A stretch of DNA of 64,000 bases from an uncultured Paenibacillaceae bacterium (GCA_937925675.1 CALAME010000086.1:13852-77851), one strand, 5' to 3'. Positions 29,703 through 39,081 are shown, counted from the first letter of the stretch. A program made the numbers and translations. The notes: generated by a model not told the origin, from the sequence alone.

Positions 29703-31565
29703 TTAATACACGTCACGCTGATAGCGTTTTTCCCGTTGCATGTTGGAGAGATATTCCTCCGCCCGCTCCCGGCTCAAACCGCCTTCCTGCTCGATGATGG
29801 TGATCAGCGTTTCATGAACATCGCGGGCCATCCGTTTTTCGTCGCCGCATACATAGACGTATGCGCCTTCTTCCAGCCAGCTGAAAAATTCTTTTTTCTT
29901 CTCCAGCATCCGGTGCTGAACATAAATCTTGCGGTCCGTGTCGCGGGAGAAAGCTACGTCCATTTTCGTCAACACACCGTTTTTCAGCCACGCTTGCCAT
30001 TCCGTCTGGTACAGAAAATCAGTCAGAAAATGCTGATCGCCAAAAAACAGCCACGAGCGCCCGCCTGCTCCGATCTCTTCCCGCTCTTGCATAAATGCGC
30101 GGAACGGAGCCACACCTGTACCCGGACCGATCATGATGATCGGCGCTTCCGTATCTTGCGGCAGTTTGAAATTCGGATTGTGGTGCACATAGACCGGCAC
30201 CGTGTCACCCGGTTGCAACCGCTCGGCGCAATAGACGGAGCAGACGCCGTAGCGATCGCGACCGTGCGCATGGTAGCGTACGGTGCGGATGGTCAGGTGC
30301 GCCTCGTCCGGATAGGCTTTCAGGCTGCTCGCAATCGAATATTGCCGGGCCGGGATTTTGCGCAACACCGACACCAATTGTTCCGGCGTACCTTTCCAAG
30401 GTCCGAAATCGCGCAAAAGATCGAGCAAATCTCTTCCGTTTACATATTCCCTTAACCGCTCCCCATCTTCCAGGAGACGGTTCAGATCGCTTTGGTTGGC
30501 GATATACGGTGCCGCTTTTTCCAGCAGCGGTTTGGAGAGGACCGTAATTTCATAGTGACGTTGAAAAGCTTCCCGAAGACTGCCGGTTTCTCCGCCGCTT
30601 TTGAACGGAACCGGTTCGTCGGCATTCCAGCCGAGTTCCTCAATCAAGGCGTCGACCAAAGCAGGATGATTCTCCGGATAAATGGCCAGGCAATCGCCAG
30701 GTTCGTAAACGAGATTGGAGCCTTCCAGCGACAGTTCCAGATGGCGGGTTTCCCGCCTGGAACCGCGTCCGTTCAGATTAATATTTTCCAGCACTTCGGC
30801 CGGGAACGGATGAGTGCGGGAATATACGCTTTGCTCCGGCGCCGCTAATCCATTTGCACTGACGTTAACGGTAACTGTAGCTGCTGCCTCGGCAGCCGCC
30901 CCGTTGGCAGACAACTCGGTCAGCCGGGACAGCACGCTGTTGAACCATTGCTCGGCAGGTTCATCAAAATCGACGTCACAATCGACGCGATCAGCAATGC
31001 GCTCAGCGCCCAGCTCTTCCAGCCGCTTGTCAAAATCTTTTCCGGTCTGGCAAAAAAACTCATACGAAGTATCTCCGAGCGCCAATACGGAAAACTTCAA
31101 CCCGTCCAGCTTCGGTGCACGTTTGCTGTGCAAAAACTCGTAAAAGTTCAAAGCGCTGTCCGGAGGTTCCCCTTCACCGTGCGTACTGACGACGACGAGC
31201 AAATTTTTCAGTTTTTTCAATGTGTTTGGTTTAAAGTCACCCATGGATATGACGGTGACGTCAAAACCGTTCTCTTTTAATCTCTTGCCGAACTGTTCTG
31301 CCAGTCCCTGACTGTTTCCCGTTTGTGAGCCGTACAGAATCGTCACTTCTTTCGACACCGGTTCAGCGGCCGCCTGCACAGGCAATGGAGTGACCACGGC
31401 TTGTGCGCTGTCAGGCGCCGCTGTCAATACGGCCGTCTGGGATACCGAAGCGGCCAGATATCCGCTCAACCAGATACGCTGATTTTCCGTCAGCGTCGGC
31501 AGCAGACGATTGAGCCATTCCGTTTGTTCCTGGCTGAAGGGACTATTCGTCACATGAAGCTGCAA
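29703..31565 (-). CDS. cysJ: assimilatory sulfite reductase flavoprotein alpha subunit
   Basis: Flavodoxin, FAD and NADPH domains. The TTG start at 31565 gives (M)QLHVTNSPFSQEQTEWLNRLLPTL, which parallels B. subtilis CysJ. GAGGTGG lies 6 nt upstream. Confidence 0.9.
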   Translation of the reverse strand: MQLHVTNSPFSQEQTEWLNRLLPTLTENQRIWLSGYLAASVSQTAVLTAAPDSAQAVVTPLPVQAAAEPVSKEVTILYGSQTGNSQGLAEQFGKRLKENGFDVTVISMGDFKPNTLKKLKNLLVVVSTHGEGEPPDSALNFYEFLHSKRAPKLDGLKFSVLALGDTSYEFFCQTGKDFDKRLEELGAERIADRVDCDVDFDEPAEQWFNSVLSRLTELSANGAAAEAAATVTVNVSANGLAAPEQSVYSRTHPFPAEVLENINLNGRGSRRETRHLELSLEGSNLVYEPGDCLAIYPENHPALVDALIEELGWNADEPVPFKSGGETGSLREAFQRHYEITVLSKPLLEKAAPYIANQSDLNRLLEDGERLREYVNGRDLLDLLRDFGPWKGTPEQLVSVLRKIPARQYSIASSLKAYPDEAHLTIRTVRYHAHGRDRYGVCSVYCAERLQPGDTVPVYVHHNPNFKLPQDTEAPIIMIGPGTGVAPFRAFMQEREEIGAGGRSWLFFGDQHFLTDFLYQTEWQAWLKNGVLTKMDVAFSRDTDRKIYVQHRMLEKKKEFFSWLEEGAYVYVCGDEKRMARDVHETLITIIEQEGGLSRERAEEYLSNMQREKRYQRDVY

Positions 31566-31958
31566 AAAGTTCCACCTCACATCGGATCTATTTCATAGTA
31601 ATCATATCGAATTTAACTGTTCATGGAATAAAACTTATCATATCCGATGGGAATGGTCAACATTAATTCTTGCGCAAATGTCGCCCAATTGTAGTCCGAT
31701 GTACGGCGGAATCAATGCCGGTTCGGGGAAGATGTGACGTCTAATGAAGACCATCTTGTTTGATCTCAGGGGGTATAAGCAAAAGCAAAATTTTTTTGCG
31801 ATAATAACCATGGTCAGAACAGAATAAATGGAGGTGTTCGAAAACGGAAAAATCGTATACCCCTACATCCTATCTGAAGAGACTTTTTCGTTGGCGGGAA
31901 GAATCATAAGTTTTCCTTATAGATAACATAAGAAAGCTGTATGGCTGGTAGGACGGGA

Positions 31959-33020
31959 CTAAGCGAGGGTGTCCACATAAACAGCGAGCGGCAAGCTGGA
32001 TGCTCCCGCATGCATGATGTCAAAACAGAGCGGCGTAAGTCCCGGCATAACGTTCCACACTCCGAGCACGGCCGCATTAACACCTTGTGGACGCAAGACG
32101 GGCGTATTGCGAATGATTCTGTTTGCAGAACTAATTCTGTTCATGGAAACAGTGCCGGCATAAACGCCGCCGCGCGGATTGAGGATCAAACGCACCGAAC
32201 GGTTGCGTCCGCTGTCATTGTAGATCGGGACGCATACGCGAATCCGTGCACCGAAATGGCCGACATTGTTCAGCGCATGGACCGGATCGACGCTCATGGA
32301 TGCGGTAAACACGCGGTCGGATGTCCCGTTGGACAAACTTTGTGACATCGTTTCCCCCGTCGTATAGACCCGGGTTTGAGCAAGCACATCGGCAAAAGGC
32401 CAGCTGCCGCGCGGATGCGTGCCGGAAGGAGCAAGCGGCGGTTTGGCAATCCGTGACAATTCCCCCGCCCCGTCAACGGCGGCGACCGTTCTGATCACAT
32501 AGCGCGTATCACCAAGACCATGTTTCCAAACGGTAAATTCATATAAAAAGCCGATCAGTTCACCATGCCGCACATGCCAGGCGTCGATACAAGTTCTTTG
32601 CCCGGCTTCGACGGTTTTAAAGGAAGGAAGAAAGGTCCAATTACCGCTCATAAATCTATCCGCCAGACGCCTTCCTGCCGCCAGGCAGTCACCGGCGGAA
32701 AATGCGACGATACGGCGCAAATCCGTTACGAACAGCCGATTCAGGGGAGAACAATTTTCAAGCGTCACCCCCAAAGTCAAAGTTTTGCCGGTCCGGTTCA
32801 AATGCCAGGCGAAAATGCGGTGCATGACCGGCTCGAAATCGGCACGTTGGACGATATCATGCCACAGAGTGACCCTGCTTTCGGGCATGGACTGTTCATC
32901 CAACGTTTCCGGATTGTCGCTCACCATCAATCTCCGTGTTCCGAGCGGCGCAGCAAAATCAATCGGTTCCGGCACCGGCATGTTCATTTTTGTCGACACG
33001 ATGAGTGGTGTTGGGCGCAT
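31959..33020 (-). CDS. hypothetical protein, no family recognised
   Basis: The ORF is open from a GTG at 33029. The ATG at 33020 sits 6 nt after GGAGGTG. About 353 aa, with no signal peptide, TM segment or catalytic motif that I can name. Confidence 0.6.
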   Translation of the reverse strand: MRPTPLIVSTKMNMPVPEPIDFAAPLGTRRLMVSDNPETLDEQSMPESRVTLWHDIVQRADFEPVMHRIFAWHLNRTGKTLTLGVTLENCSPLNRLFVTDLRRIVAFSAGDCLAAGRRLADRFMSGNWTFLPSFKTVEAGQRTCIDAWHVRHGELIGFLYEFTVWKHGLGDTRYVIRTVAAVDGAGELSRIAKPPLAPSGTHPRGSWPFADVLAQTRVYTTGETMSQSLSNGTSDRVFTASMSVDPVHALNNVGHFGARIRVCVPIYNDSGRNRSVRLILNPRGGVYAGTVSMNRISSANRIIRNTPVLRPQGVNAAVLGVWNVMPGLTPLCFDIMHAGASSLPLAVYVDTLA

Positions 33021-33179
33021 CTTGTGCACCTCCGGCGGTTTTTAAGGTTCGCGGCGATCCGATCCCGGCGTATACAGGCTTACGCTTTTGGCAAATCAGG
33101 CCTACGCTATCAACATATGCCCCTATCCCGCACAATAGAGCATCATACCGCTTTCAACCTGCATCGAAGCCTGTTATAA

Positions 33180-33196
33180 TACAAGTAATACTTGTA
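33180..33196. promoter_or_regulatory. 17-nt perfect palindrome TACAAGTA-A-TACTTGTA between a TATAAT box (33175-33180) and the GH43 SD; candidate operator
   Basis: 8-bp arms read directly from the sequence. The palindrome overlaps the last base of a consensus TATAAT and ends 1 nt before AAGGAGG. Confidence 0.35.
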
Positions 33197-33211
33197 AAGG
33201 AGGATATAAAG

Positions 33212-34198
33212 TTGACACAAGCAACCAAGCCGAACCAACCACTCGTTACGCACATTTATACCGCTGATCCGTCGGCGCACGTGTATGAAGGAAAACTGTA
33301 CATTTATCCTTCACACGACGTCGATCAGGACATGCCCCAAAATGACAATGGCGACCAGTATGCGATGGTCGACTATCACGTCCTGTCAATGGACGACATC
33401 GGCGCTCCGTGTGTCGATCACGGCTGCGTTTTGCATCTGAAGGACATCCCTTGGGCAAAGCAGCAATTGTGGGCACCGGACTGCGCATATAAAAACGGAA
33501 AATATTATTTTTATTTTCCGGCCAAAGACCACGATGGCATCTTCCGCATCGGCGTAGCCACCAGCACATCGCCCGCCGGACCGTTCAAGCCCGAACCGAA
33601 CTATATCCCGGGCAGCTTCAGCATCGATCCCGCCGTATTCGTCGACGATGACGGACGTGCTTACATGTATTTCGGCGGATTGTGGGGCGGGCAGTTGGAA
33701 AAATGGCAAACGGGGGAATACAATCCGGATGGCAAAGAACCGGCTCCCGATCAGCCTGCGCTCGGTCCCCGCGTAGCAGAAATGAGCGATGACATGCTCA
33801 CTTTCAAAGAAACGCCGCAAGAAATTTCGATCGTTGACGAAGATGGAAATCCGATTTTGGCCGGGGATGAGGAACGCCGCTTTTTCGAAGGCCCCTGGAT
33901 GCACAAATATAACGGTTACTATTATCTGTCCTACTCCACGGGCACGACGCATTATCTGGCCTATGCGATGAGCAAGAGCCCGAAAGGTCCCTTCGTCTAT
34001 AAAGGACATATCCTGACTCCGGTCATCGGCTGGACAACCCATCATTCTATCGTGGAGTTCAAGGGCAAATGGTACCTGTTCTACCACGACAGCTCACTGT
34101 CAGGTGGAGTGAACCACAAGCGCTGCGTCAAATTTACCGAACTGCATTACAATGATGACGGTACGATCCGAACGATCGACTATCAATCTCTGAAATAA
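33212..34198 (+). CDS. GH43 glycoside hydrolase (arabinofuranosidase/xylosidase type, single domain)
   Basis: TTG start 7 nt after AAGGAGG. THIYTADPSAHVYEGKLYIYPSHD, WAPDCAYKNGKYYFYF and FFEGPWMHKYNGYYYLSYS are typical GH43 blades. 328 aa. Confidence 0.85.
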   Translation: MTQATKPNQPLVTHIYTADPSAHVYEGKLYIYPSHDVDQDMPQNDNGDQYAMVDYHVLSMDDIGAPCVDHGCVLHLKDIPWAKQQLWAPDCAYKNGKYYFYFPAKDHDGIFRIGVATSTSPAGPFKPEPNYIPGSFSIDPAVFVDDDGRAYMYFGGLWGGQLEKWQTGEYNPDGKEPAPDQPALGPRVAEMSDDMLTFKETPQEISIVDEDGNPILAGDEERRFFEGPWMHKYNGYYYLSYSTGTTHYLAYAMSKSPKGPFVYKGHILTPVIGWTTHHSIVEFKGKWYLFYHDSSLSGGVNHKRCVKFTELHYNDDGTIRTIDYQSLK

Positions 34199-34232
34199 TT
34201 CAATCCTTCATCGCTGAAAACAGATCCATCAA

Positions 34233-34297
34233 AAAGACGGAAACGAACCTCTTGTTCTACGTACGAACCGTTAGAGGAGGATTTCGTTTCCGTCTTT
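34233..34297 (+). terminator. long stem-loop terminator after the GH43 gene
   Basis: 15-bp arms AAAGACGGAAACGAA / TTCGTTTCCGTCTTT with a structured loop, then GAATTT. Confidence 0.55.
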
Positions 34298-34360
34298 GAA
34301 TTTCGCCATTCACGATCGGGATGAGCGGCGGCGTCGCCATGAACATTTCGCCAGATTTCC

Positions 34361-34403
34361 TTGTTGCCCCATTTTAAGGTAATATAATAAAGGTAATATA
34401 ATA
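34361..34403 (+). promoter_or_regulatory. candidate sigma-A promoter with a tandemly duplicated -10 element
   Basis: TTGTTG (34361-34366), a 16-nt spacer, then TATAAT (34383-34388). The 14-nt unit AAGGTAATATAATA is perfectly duplicated (34376-34389 and 34390-34403), giving a second TATAAT. Confidence 0.4.
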
Positions 34404-34501
34404 ACAGATTCACCTGCCAACACTTCATCAGGATATGACATCATCGCATGGCAGCACGTTGTCGTCAGATGGCGCATATCATAGATGAAGAGGTGAAACT
34501 C

Positions 34502-35599
34502 ATGGCGATCCTGCTCGGTTTGATCGTGTCTTTCGGTCTAGCATCCGCACTTCTGTTATTCCGCCATCGTACGATACCGCATGCTAAAAAGCGATCCCAG
34601 GATTATCCCACCATTTCGGTCATCATCCCAGCCAGAAATGAAGAACGCAATTTGCCCCATTTGCTCGAATCGTTGAAAAAACAAACCATCCCCTTGCATG
34701 AAGTGATTGTCGTGGATGATCATTCGCGGGATCGGACACGATCCATCGCCGAAAGTTACGGGGTCAAAGTGTTGACATCCCCTGAACTTCCCGCCGGATG
34801 GACGGGAAAAAGCTGGGCCCTGTGGAACGGCTATCGAGAGTCAAGCGGTGAACTGCTCATCTTTCTGGACGCCGATGTGCGTCTGTCTGAAAACGCTATC
34901 GAGTCGCTTGTCCAGGAACAACAGCGGCAAGGCGGCGTCATTTCCGTTGTGCCTTACCACATTACGGAAAAAAGCTATGAAAGATGGGCGATGGTGATCA
35001 ATTTGCTCGCCGCATTCGTCTTTACTTCCCCGTTTGAAAACCGGAATCCACAAAAAGGGATGTTCGGTGCCTGCATCGTGGCCAGCCGGGCCGATTACGA
35101 AAAAATCGACGGCCACCGTTCCATCTCGTCGGAAGTGCTGGACGATCTTCGTTTGGGAGCACGTTTTCAAGCGGCGGGAATCCGGGTGTCCAATTACCTT
35201 GGCTCCGATCTCATATTGTTCCGCATGTATCCGGGCGGGTTCCGCAGTGAACTGGAGGGCTTCGCCAAAAGCGCGATTCCGAGCACATATTCGCTTCATC
35301 CGTTTACCTTGTTGCTGGTCGCTTTATGGCTCGTGGGACTCATCGCTTCCCAATCCGTTTTCTTTTTGATCGGACAGCCCGTCTTTCCGATCCTTGTGCT
35401 TGGTTATGTCGCGTATACGGTGGAAATTCTCTATTTCAGCCGACGGGTCGGAAAGTTCGGCTACGTTCATCCCGTTGTTCATGTGATCTCGCTTCTCTTT
35501 TTCTTGGTTGTCATCGGGTATTCCCTGTACCAGTCCGTCTTGCGCAAAAAAGTGATCTGGAAAGGCAGGTACATCGAGGTCGGGAGGGATGAGTCATGA
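34502..35599 (+). CDS. membrane-anchored family-2 glycosyltransferase (CrtQ-like architecture)
   Basis: N-terminal TM, then ISVIIPARNEERNLPHLLESL...VIVVDDHSRDRT...FLDADV (GT2 motifs), and C-terminal TM helices. GAGGTGA lies 6 nt upstream of the ATG at 34502. Confidence 0.8.
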   Translation: MAILLGLIVSFGLASALLLFRHRTIPHAKKRSQDYPTISVIIPARNEERNLPHLLESLKKQTIPLHEVIVVDDHSRDRTRSIAESYGVKVLTSPELPAGWTGKSWALWNGYRESSGELLIFLDADVRLSENAIESLVQEQQRQGGVISVVPYHITEKSYERWAMVINLLAAFVFTSPFENRNPQKGMFGACIVASRADYEKIDGHRSISSEVLDDLRLGARFQAAGIRVSNYLGSDLILFRMYPGGFRSELEGFAKSAIPSTYSLHPFTLLLVALWLVGLIASQSVFFLIGQPVFPILVLGYVAYTVEILYFSRRVGKFGYVHPVVHVISLLFFLVVIGYSLYQSVLRKKVIWKGRYIEVGRDES

Positions 35600-36219
35600 T
35601 CCTGCTCATTACCTTGCTTTGTTTTTTGTGCGGTTCGCTCATGTTCTCCTACTGGATCGGCCTTATGTTAAAAATCAATATCCGCTCGATCGGCGACAGC
35701 AATCCCGGAGCTGCCAACCTTTGGAGTGCCGCCGGATACAAATTCGGCCTGCTCGGAGTGATACTGGATTTTTCAAAAGGATACATACCGCTCTATTTCG
35801 TTACAGCAAACGAGCTTGTGTCCGGCCCAGCCCTGATTCCTGTCGCGCTGGCGCCCATTTTCGGGCATGCCTTTTCTCCCTTCCTCAAATTTAATGGAGG
35901 CAAGACCGTCGCCGTCAGTTTCGGGGTATGGAGCGCGTTGACCCAATTTCAGGCTTCCTTGTATCTGGCCGTCATTCTCGCCATTTTGTTTGTACTGCTG
36001 AAAATGATCAAAAAAGGCGGCAAAACGACAAGCGGTGAAGACGGTCTGCAAACGACCACAGGTTTTTTGCTTCTGTCCGCCTATTTGATCTATGAAGGAT
36101 ACCCAACATTCATGCTCTGGATCTGGTTCGGCAATTCCCTCCTGATGTTGTGGAAAAACTGGGACGGAATCTACCAGGTCGTCCGCGACAAAATTAAAGG
36201 TAAAGTCCCTTACGTTTAA
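35596..36219 (+). CDS. PlsY-family (glycerol-3-phosphate acyltransferase-like) membrane protein, divergent paralog
   Basis: 207 aa, multi-TM. GSLMFSYWIG...IRSIGDSNPGAANLW aligns with the PlsY GSIPF...GSGNxGATN region but with substitutions. ATGA overlap with the GT2 stop. Confidence 0.75.
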   Translation: MILLITLLCFLCGSLMFSYWIGLMLKINIRSIGDSNPGAANLWSAAGYKFGLLGVILDFSKGYIPLYFVTANELVSGPALIPVALAPIFGHAFSPFLKFNGGKTVAVSFGVWSALTQFQASLYLAVILAILFVLLKMIKKGGKTTSGEDGLQTTTGFLLLSAYLIYEGYPTFMLWIWFGNSLLMLWKNWDGIYQVVRDKIKGKVPYV

Positions 36220-36251
36220 CTAAGCGAACTCAGCTCTCCCTATTAAGATTG

Positions 36252-36316
36252 GCGCAGTGATCAGCTTATGCGCAGTGATCAGCTTCTGCGCAGCTTTTGT
36301 GCAGTGACAGCTTCTC
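36252..36316. repeat. 18-nt direct repeat GCGCAGTGATCAGCTT(AT/CT) x2 plus two degenerate partial copies
   Basis: Units at 36252-36269 and 36270-36287, with partial copies at 36288-36300 and 36301-36316. Confidence 0.5.
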
Positions 36317-36322
36317 ATTAAG

Positions 36323-36352
36323 CCCTGGCTGTACATAGCCAGGGTTTATTGG
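36323..36352 (+). terminator. rho-independent terminator of the GT2/PlsY-like operon
   Basis: Stem CCCTGGCT / AGCCAGGG, 6-nt loop, followed by TTTATTGGTTTGTT. Confidence 0.65.
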
Positions 36353-36475
36353 TTTGTTGCGGCAAAATGACAAATCGCTGCTTGACCTTAAATGAAGGCC
36401 GACTTTATCATAGATTCAAAATTGAATACGTATTAATAACAAAAAATCACCAAAACGCTGGAGGAGGGAACAAGG

Positions 36476-37228
36476 TTGTACCGGACGGTCCTGATTGATG
36501 ATGAGCCTTGGGCACTGTTGGGGATGCGGAATACGTTTCCTTGGGAGCAGTACGGTTTTCGCATCATCGCCGAGCTGACGGACCCGATCGCTGCGCTCCG
36601 CATCATTCATGAACAGAAGCCGGACGCGGTCTTCACCGATGTGCGCATGCCTGGAATGACCGGCTTGGAACTGATGAAACAGTCGCGTGAAAAAGGAATT
36701 GAAGCCGAGTTTGTGATCGTGAGCGGTTTTTCGGAATTTGCCTATGCCCAGGAAGCGATCCGATACGGCGGCTTCGACTATTTATTGAAACCGCTGGAAA
36801 AGGAAGAGACCGAGACCGTTCTGAAAAAGCTAAATACACGCCTCAAGCTGAAAAACCCTCATTCTGCCTCACCGATCATTGACCCTGACGATCTGGAAGC
36901 GGAAATTAACGAACAGTTCAGGGAACTGCTCCGTTATGTCAACCACCACTACCACGAAGAGCTGCAACTGAAAGAACTCGCCAGCCGTTTCCATCTCCAT
37001 TTCACATATTGCTGTGATCTGTTTCGGAAAACGACCAAAACAACATTTTCAGATTATGTCACCCGGCTTCGTCTGAACAAGGCCTGTGAACTGTTGCAAA
37101 ACAAAACATTGCCCATTTACGAGATCAGCGCCCGTGTCGGTTACAATGACCATTACTATTTCAACAAGGTGTTCAAAAAACATCACGGGATCACTCCGGC
37201 ACAATTCCGGCGGAGAGGAAGAGTCTAG
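36476..37228 (+). CDS. response regulator with AraC-type HTH output
   Basis: TTG start after GGAGGAGGG. REC motif VLIDDEP...DVRMPGMTG. C-terminal AraC HTH carries the ending GITPAQFRR. Confidence 0.85.
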   Translation: MYRTVLIDDEPWALLGMRNTFPWEQYGFRIIAELTDPIAALRIIHEQKPDAVFTDVRMPGMTGLELMKQSREKGIEAEFVIVSGFSEFAYAQEAIRYGGFDYLLKPLEKEETETVLKKLNTRLKLKNPHSASPIIDPDDLEAEINEQFRELLRYVNHHYHEELQLKELASRFHLHFTYCCDLFRKTTKTTFSDYVTRLRLNKACELLQNKTLPIYEISARVGYNDHYYFNKVFKKHHGITPAQFRRRGRV

Positions 37229-37230
37229 AC

Positions 37231-39081
37231 ATGCTGAACCTGCATCGGGTCAAGCTGAAAACACAACTGTTGCTGCTAATTACGATCTCCAGTGTCATGC
37301 TCGGACTTCTGCTTGTTTTTTACTATGTACAATTTCACCAGCTGGCTGAAGAGCGCGGCAACGATTACACTTCCCGAATCATGGACCAAATTGAGGAACG
37401 ACTGCTTCTGGACGCCAGGGTCATGAAAGACGCTGCTCTCGCCGCCGCCTACAATACGACGACACAGGAATATTTCAATGCTGACGATCCGGTAAAGCGG
37501 ATGGAACTGAACGAAGTGGTGCTGGAAATTTTGTATGGCATCCGCGCCTCCAACAAAAACATCAAATCGATCATGCTGTATGACCGGAAAGGAAGTCTGG
37601 TCGGAGCTTCGATCTACCCGGGCGATTACTGGCTGTTCAGGGAACTATTGAGACGTTACGCATTCGACCGCGAAGACTTTATCGATCCGCTCTATACCGA
37701 TATTATCTCCAATCCGGCTCACAATCTGTTTCATTATGCTTACATCACCCCTGTATTCAGCACCCATGACCGCAGCGGACCCTTTCAGAAAATCGCCGTT
37801 TGCATCGTAGTCTACCATACCGACAGTCTGGACAGCATGATCAGCAACATGGCGACCACCGACAATTCATTCGTCGCGATTTTGGACAAGTTCCATACGG
37901 TGGTGGCCACCAATCACTCGGAGCGGAGAGGGACAGTGTTCAACCTGGATGAAATGCGAGACATTATCGATGCAAAAGAGTACCAGCAGATCAAAAACAA
38001 CGAGGTAAGAAGGGTCAAGTACGGCGATGATGAACTGATGTTTCAAAAAAAGGATTTGCGTCTCAATGGGTGGAAAATGATCAGTCTCGTGCCGACCCAC
38101 GATTTGACCAATGACGTCAAGAAGATTCGCAATGTCGGATTTCTGATCGGCATGATCATGGTGTTGCTCATTTTTGCGATGGGTTATCTGTTCAACCGGA
38201 ATGTCACTTTACCGATCGAAAAGATGGTGCACTTTACGCGCAGCATGCGGGAACGATACACGGACCGGCGCCTCGACATCAAGGAGCAAAATGAAATGGG
38301 AGTGCTCGCTGCAGGAATCAATAAAATGCTCGACACCATTTCGGAAGTAAACCGGCAATACGTGCATGCGAAAACATCGCTGTATCAAACGGAACTGGCG
38401 AAGAAGCAGGCTGAACTTTCGGCATTGCAAAGCCAGATCAACCCGCATTTTCTGTACAATACGCTCGAGTGCATCCGCAGCATCGGCACTGTATACGGCT
38501 CCGAAGAAATCGTCAAAATCTCGACCGCGATGGCCCACATTTTCCGTTACAACATCAAGGAAGACAACATGGTGTGTGTTCAGGACGAAATGGAATGCGT
38601 CCGCCAATATTTAAGCATCATGTCCATCCGCTATTGGAACAAGTTTGAGATAGACATCCACATCGAACAACGTTTGCTGCACATGAAAATGTTGAAAATG
38701 ACCTTGCAGCCGATCGTCGAAAACGCGATCTATCATGGTCTCGAACGAAAAAGCGGAAAAGGAAAACTGAGCGTGAACGGATACAGGAAAGACCCAAAAA
38801 CCGTCTGCTTCGAAATTGAGGACAATGGGATCGGTCTTGACGAACAAGAGCTGGACCGGCTGCGCCGGCTGCTCGATACGGGGCCTGATGATGATGTTGT
38901 GGAACAGGGTGGAAAAAGAAGCATCGGTCTTGTCAATATCCATATGCGCATCCGTTTGTACTTCGGTAAGCCATACGGTCTGCACATCGATAGCCAGCCG
39001 AACCGCGGCACCAAGGTTATGATCCGCTTGCCTCTTATCGACGAAAATGCAAAAACTGAACAGGCAGCGAAACCGAATTAG
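37231..39081 (+). CDS. sensor histidine kinase (YesM-like)
   Basis: N-terminal TM, large extracytoplasmic domain, second TM, HAMP. H-box LQSQINPHFLYNTLE, QPIVENAIYHG, DNGIGLD. Confidence 0.9.
   Translation: MLNLHRVKLKTQLLLLITISSVMLGLLLVFYYVQFHQLAEERGNDYTSRIMDQIEERLLLDARVMKDAALAAAYNTTTQEYFNADDPVKRMELNEVVLEILYGIRASNKNIKSIMLYDRKGSLVGASIYPGDYWLFRELLRRYAFDREDFIDPLYTDIISNPAHNLFHYAYITPVFSTHDRSGPFQKIAVCIVVYHTDSLDSMISNMATTDNSFVAILDKFHTVVATNHSERRGTVFNLDEMRDIIDAKEYQQIKNNEVRRVKYGDDELMFQKKDLRLNGWKMISLVPTHDLTNDVKKIRNVGFLIGMIMVLLIFAMGYLFNRNVTLPIEKMVHFTRSMRERYTDRRLDIKEQNEMGVLAAGINKMLDTISEVNRQYVHAKTSLYQTELAKKQAELSALQSQINPHFLYNTLECIRSIGTVYGSEEIVKISTAMAHIFRYNIKEDNMVCVQDEMECVRQYLSIMSIRYWNKFEIDIHIEQRLLHMKMLKMTLQPIVENAIYHGLERKSGKGKLSVNGYRKDPKTVCFEIEDNGIGLDEQELDRLRRLLDTGPDDDVVEQGGKRSIGLVNIHMRIRLYFGKPYGLHIDSQPNRGTKVMIRLPLIDENAKTEQAAKPN

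Noticed and set aside
31828-31926. 32-codon plus-strand ORF (MEVFENGKIVYPYILSEETFSLAGRIISFPYR) upstream of cysJ
   Set aside because: No convincing SD or promoter, and it is too short to evaluate without conservation data.
31566-31958. S-box, T-box or other riboswitch leader upstream of cysJI
   Set aside because: I read the 390-nt leader on the minus strand and found none of the conserved S-box or T-box sequence blocks. It contains only a possible TTGACC-N17-(TGA)TAAGTT promoter.
34183-34428. 81-aa minus-strand ORF in the GH43 / GT2 intergenic region
   Set aside because: No SD. It overlaps the GH43 terminator hairpin and the duplicated -10 promoter region. Its composition is AT-rich and repeat-driven (LLLYYLYYITL comes from the tandem duplication).
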